The notes under the pieces: model-generated
What the model was told of the DNA's origin: nothing
The model's database searches: none
The model's input: only the letters and a program-made list of their open reading frames with translations
Part shown: positions 53,611 to 56,898 of the stretch, one piece after another
Layout of the letters: each line of letters opens with the position of its first letter
Position numbering within the stretch: the first letter of the stretch is position 1
Assembly: GCA_049967535.1 (NCBI GenBank)
Contig: JBMFSN010000002.1
Location: 1-56,898 of the forward strand
DNA: 56,898 nt
DNA from: Minisyncoccia bacterium
GTDB taxonomy: Bacteria > Patescibacteriota > Minisyncoccia > UBA6257
Direction: 5' to 3'
Position numbers and translations under genes: made by a program

Positions 53611-56211
53611 TTACTCCATTTCGCCCCATCTTTGACCAAAGGTCATTTTGACCTTAAGAGGAACTTCTAGGGTAACAATGTGCTCCATAATATCTTTTAA
53701 TTTAGGAGCAATTAACTCTATTATCTCAGATTTAGCTTCAATAATCAATTCATCGTGAATCTGAAGAACTATTCTTGCTTTTTGTTCCAAATTCTCTTGA
53801 TGTAAAAAGTCCTGTATTTTTATCATAGAGAGCTTAATCAAGTCAGCAGCTAATCCCTGAATAGGCATATTAACAGCTATTCTTTCTTCTTGCCTTCCGA
53901 TTTGCCCTAAAGAACCAATAAGAGGTAAAAATCTTTTACGACCAAAAAGTGTTTCGACATAGCCGTTATTTTTTGCCTTTTCAATGGTAGAAACTAAATA
54001 ATTTTTGAGGCCAATAAAGTCATGAAAATATTCTTCTTTAAATTTTTTGGCTTCCCTTAAACTAATTCCTGCTGTTTCGCTTAATAATTTATCACCCATG
54101 CCATAAATAATGCCAAAATTCAAGACCTTGGCTAACTGGCGCATTTCTGGGGTCACTTTATCTTCTGGAATATTATTAACATAGCTGGCAGTAATGGTAT
54201 GGATATCTTTGTCCTGTTTAAAGGCTTCTATCATTTTGGGGTCCAAGGACAGATGACTTGCTAAGCGCAATTCAATTTGGGAATAATCCAAAGAAATAAA
54301 AGAAAATCCCTTTTCTGCTTCAAAGGCTAGGCGAATTTTTTTGCCCCACTCACTTCGAACAGGAATATTTTGTAAATTAGGTTCTTCAGAGGACAAACGA
54401 CCAGTTGCTGTACCTGTTTGCTTCCAAATAGTATGAACTCTTTTGGTATGAGGATTAATAAATTTGGGTAAAGGATTTAAAAAGGAAGTCTTTAATTTTT
54501 CTAATTGGCGATAGCTAATAATTAAAGGAATAATGGGATGGCTATCTTGAATTTTTGTTAATTCAAAAATATCCGTAGATAATTTGCCAGAACTAGTTTT
54601 TTTTAGAGAGGAAGAATCTATCTTTAGATCCTGAAATAAAATTTCTGCTAATTGCTGAGAAGAATTAATATTAAAATTTTTCCGAGCTAATTGATAAATT
54701 TGTTTTTCTAGTTGAGTGCTTTCCTTGTCTACTCCTTCCAGCAACTGAGAAAGAGTATCTTTGTTCACAAAAATACCATCTTTTTCCATTTGGCTCAAAA
54801 TAGGAATAAGAGGTCTTTCTATTGTTTTCCAAATATTATCTAGCCCTAAACTTGTCGCTTTTATTTTAATAGTTTCTCCTAGAGTTAAAAACTCTTTTAA
54901 ATAATCAAGGGGCGAAGCAAAATCTTCTTTTTTGAGAAAAAATTTCATCAAACTTTCTAGGGAATAATTTTTTCTATCTGGATCAATGAGCCAGGCTAAA
55001 ATAGCTAAGTCTTCAAAAGAAAAAGAAGAGAATTCTGGTATTTCTTCCAAAAGTTCTTTTGCTCCTAAAGTAAAAATAATTTTGTTTTGAAGAAAACTTT
55101 GTCTTTCTTTTAAGAAACTAAAGAAAGATTGAGGCAAATACCAAATTTCCTCAAATGGCAAAATAAAATATAAACCAAAAACTTGTCTTTCTCCATACTT
55201 TTTCCCATTACTATCTAAAAAAAGGCTTAATTTATCAGCTTCCTTTATCTTTTGGAATAAAAGTGCTAATTGTCTGGAGTCTTCTATGGTTTTAACCTTT
55301 ATTGATTTTTCTAAAGGAGAATTTTCTAGCTTAGAAACAAAAATCCGTTTAATTAAGCTTTGAAATCCTAATTTTTCTAAAAACGAAACCAATTCTTCTT
55401 GGGGAGGCTCATGATATTCAGCTTGTTCTAACTGAAAATCTAAATCAATATCTTTTTTAATAGTCACTAAATGTTGGCTAAAAAAAGCTTCTTCTTTATG
55501 CTCTTTTAATTTTTCTCTAAGACGAGCGTTTAATTTGGTAATTTCTGGGGTTTGATTTTCCAAAACAGAATAGAGATGTTCAAGAGAATGAAATTCTTGA
55601 ATAAGTTTTAAGGCTGTTTTTTCGCCAATACCTGGAACTCCCATAACATTGTCAGAAGGGTCGCCTTTTAAGGCTTTAAAATCAATTAATTGAGAAGGAG
55701 TTAAACCATATCTTTTTTGAATAGCCTCTTCGTCATAAATAATATTATCCTGCAGTCCTTTATGAAGAGTATAAACATTCACTTGCTTATTAATTAATTG
55801 TAAGGCATCTAAATCACCAGTTAAAATAATAAATTTTAAATCAGGGCTTTGAAATTTTTGAGTCAAAGTGCCAATAATATCATCAGCTTCAAAGCCTTCT
55901 TTAGCTAAAATTGGAATTTCCCAAATAGTTAAAATATCTTTAATAATTTGGATTTGCTCATAAAAATTCTCCGGAGCCTTTACTCTTTGGGCTTTATATT
56001 CTTTATACTCTTGATGACGAAACGTTGGCTGCGCTAAATCAAAAGCGGCAACTAAATAATCCGGTTTTAGCTCTTGAAGCATTTTTAAAAAGACAAGCAT
56101 AAAACCATAAACCCCATTTACTAAAACTCCTCCCGGAGAAGTTAATGGTGGTAAGGCATGATAAGCTCGATGAGCTAAAGCATAACTATCAATAATAACA
56201 AAAGTTTTCAT
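53611..56211 (-). CDS. polA: DNA polymerase I
   Basis: 5' nuclease domain (IIDSYALAHRAYHA, GDPSDNVMGVPGIGEKTA). Polymerase motifs LDYSQIELRLASH, RQLAKVLNFGIIYG, QIHDELI. Confidence 0.95.
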   Translation of the reverse strand: MKTFVIIDSYALAHRAYHALPPLTSPGGVLVNGVYGFMLVFLKMLQELKPDYLVAAFDLAQPTFRHQEYKEYKAQRVKAPENFYEQIQIIKDILTIWEIPILAKEGFEADDIIGTLTQKFQSPDLKFIILTGDLDALQLINKQVNVYTLHKGLQDNIIYDEEAIQKRYGLTPSQLIDFKALKGDPSDNVMGVPGIGEKTALKLIQEFHSLEHLYSVLENQTPEITKLNARLREKLKEHKEEAFFSQHLVTIKKDIDLDFQLEQAEYHEPPQEELVSFLEKLGFQSLIKRIFVSKLENSPLEKSIKVKTIEDSRQLALLFQKIKEADKLSLFLDSNGKKYGERQVFGLYFILPFEEIWYLPQSFFSFLKERQSFLQNKIIFTLGAKELLEEIPEFSSFSFEDLAILAWLIDPDRKNYSLESLMKFFLKKEDFASPLDYLKEFLTLGETIKIKATSLGLDNIWKTIERPLIPILSQMEKDGIFVNKDTLSQLLEGVDKESTQLEKQIYQLARKNFNINSSQQLAEILFQDLKIDSSSLKKTSSGKLSTDIFELTKIQDSHPIIPLIISYRQLEKLKTSFLNPLPKFINPHTKRVHTIWKQTGTATGRLSSEEPNLQNIPVRSEWGKKIRLAFEAEKGFSFISLDYSQIELRLASHLSLDPKMIEAFKQDKDIHTITASYVNNIPEDKVTPEMRQLAKVLNFGIIYGMGDKLLSETAGISLREAKKFKEEYFHDFIGLKNYLVSTIEKAKNNGYVETLFGRKRFLPLIGSLGQIGRQEERIAVNMPIQGLAADLIKLSMIKIQDFLHQENLEQKARIVLQIHDELIIEAKSEIIELIAPKLKDIMEHIVTLEVPLKVKMTFGQRWGEME

Positions 56212-56672
56212 TATTTATTATCTGTTATAGTAAGGGATCTTTTCTTTTCCCCTAATATTTGAAACTTAATAGTCCAATGGTTTTTAGGAAGAAAATGTTT
56301 GATTTTATTTCCCCATTCAATAAAAACAATATTTTGGGGATCATTTAAAATAGTAAGAAAGTCTAATTCTTTTAATTCTTTAATGCTTTTTAAACGATAG
56401 CAATCCCAATGCCAAAGAAATTTGAAGGACTGGTAAGACAAAGGAAATCGCTTCATAATTAAAAAAGTGGGACTAAAAATATGCCCCTTTAATTTACTTC
56501 CAGAAGCTATTCCTTTGAGAAATTCTGTCTTTCCACTCCCCAAATTTCCCTCTAAAGAAATAACCAAGGCCTGCCTGCGTTTTAAATCCTTTTGTTTTAA
56601 AATTGTATTAATAAATAAGGCGGCAATTTTTTGGGTTTCTTTTGGGTTTTCGCTAAAAATTTTAATTCTCAT
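56211..56672 (-). CDS. tsaE: tRNA threonylcarbamoyladenosine biosynthesis ATPase TsaE
   Basis: P-loop LEGNLGSGKTEFLKG, SPTFLIM, WDCYRL; 153 aa. Its stop overlaps the polA start by 1 nt. Confidence 0.8.
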   Translation of the reverse strand: MRIKIFSENPKETQKIAALFINTILKQKDLKRRQALVISLEGNLGSGKTEFLKGIASGSKLKGHIFSPTFLIMKRFPLSYQSFKFLWHWDCYRLKSIKELKELDFLTILNDPQNIVFIEWGNKIKHFLPKNHWTIKFQILGEKKRSLTITDNK

Positions 56673-56701
56673 CTTTTGCTTATTTTAGCATATTCTTTAC
56701 C

Positions 56702-56730
56702 TTTAAAAAAGAGAGATAAGGTGATATAAT
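56702..56730 (+). promoter_or_regulatory. Putative plus-strand promoter with extended -10 (TTTAAA-N17-TGaTATAAT) reading into element copy C
   Basis: TTTAAA at 56702-56707 and TGATATAAT at 56722-56730. The predicted TSS (about 56737) coincides with the first conserved base of copy C. Confidence 0.3.
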
Positions 56731-56737
56731 TAAAGGA

Positions 56738-56880
56738 GCTCAGAGATATATACCTTTCGAAAACGTCTAAAATCCCCAGCGAGGATTTTGGACTCGCGCA
56801 AGCTCCTCGCTCTTCTTCGCTTCGCTCAGAAACCCTGCCCCCTCGCCGCTTGAGCGTTTCTCAAGGTACATATCCCCTCG
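56738..56880. repeat. GC-rich modular palindromic element, copy C (long-hairpin form)
   Basis: 56738-56811 matches the reverse complement of 21470-21540 almost base for base. The outer arms 56743-56765 and 56855-56879 are inverted repeats, so the whole ~140 nt can fold back. Confidence 0.8.
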
Positions 56881-56898
56881 CTTTATAGGTTTAAAAAT

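Noticed and set aside
21424-56880. Whether the dispersed repeats could be a CRISPR array or integron attC sites
   Set aside because: The copies are tens of kilobases apart, in both orientations, with no regular repeat-spacer periodicity, no cas genes and no integrase. I could not find the attC R/L box pattern (RYYYAAC ... GTTRRRY).
1-56898. Alternative genetic code (for example UGA as a sense codon, as in some CPR lineages)
   Set aside because: Under the standard code the window is almost completely filled by long, motif-complete ORFs with short gaps or overlaps. No conserved protein appears truncated at a stop codon.

Overview
AT-rich, very compact bacterial chromosomal segment. Most genes are on the minus strand and almost all are housekeeping. 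The many shortened or rearranged core proteins suggest a reduced-genome lineage such as CPR/Patescibacteria; this is inference only.

Gene content:
- Transcription and translation: rpoB-rpoC, ileS, aspS, hisS, infC-rpmI-rplT, rpmB, rpmF, rpsT, rpsU, smpB plus tmRNA, and two tRNAs.
- Division and replication: ftsA-ftsZ, polA, holA, smc, rnc, nusB.
- Nucleotide metabolism: nrdDG, ndk.
- Repair: fpg and an EndoQ-like PHP protein.
- Proteostasis: clpB and a second, membrane-anchored Clp-like ATPase.
- c-di-AMP synthesis: a cdaA-ybbR fusion.
- A split comEC.

I found no rRNA, CRISPR array, transposase, integrase, phage gene or recognisable defence gene. Standard code 11 gives tightly packed long ORFs.

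The parts not explained by ordinary annotation are non-coding:
1. A modular GC-rich palindromic element family with three copies (21.4 kb, 46.8 kb, 56.8 kb). It has alternative hairpins, one compensatory base-pair change and an inverted hairpin loop in one copy.
2. A ~125-nt AT-rich palindromic repeat present twice in opposite orientation (33.1 kb, 52.2 kb).
3. A ~500-nt gene-free stretch between ndk and rpmB. It holds a ~177-nt hairpin with 6S-RNA-like architecture and a promoter-proximal pseudoknotted leader in front of rpmB.

Several unusual protein architectures are also flagged. All homology statements come from motif recognition by eye. No database search or RNA folding program was run.
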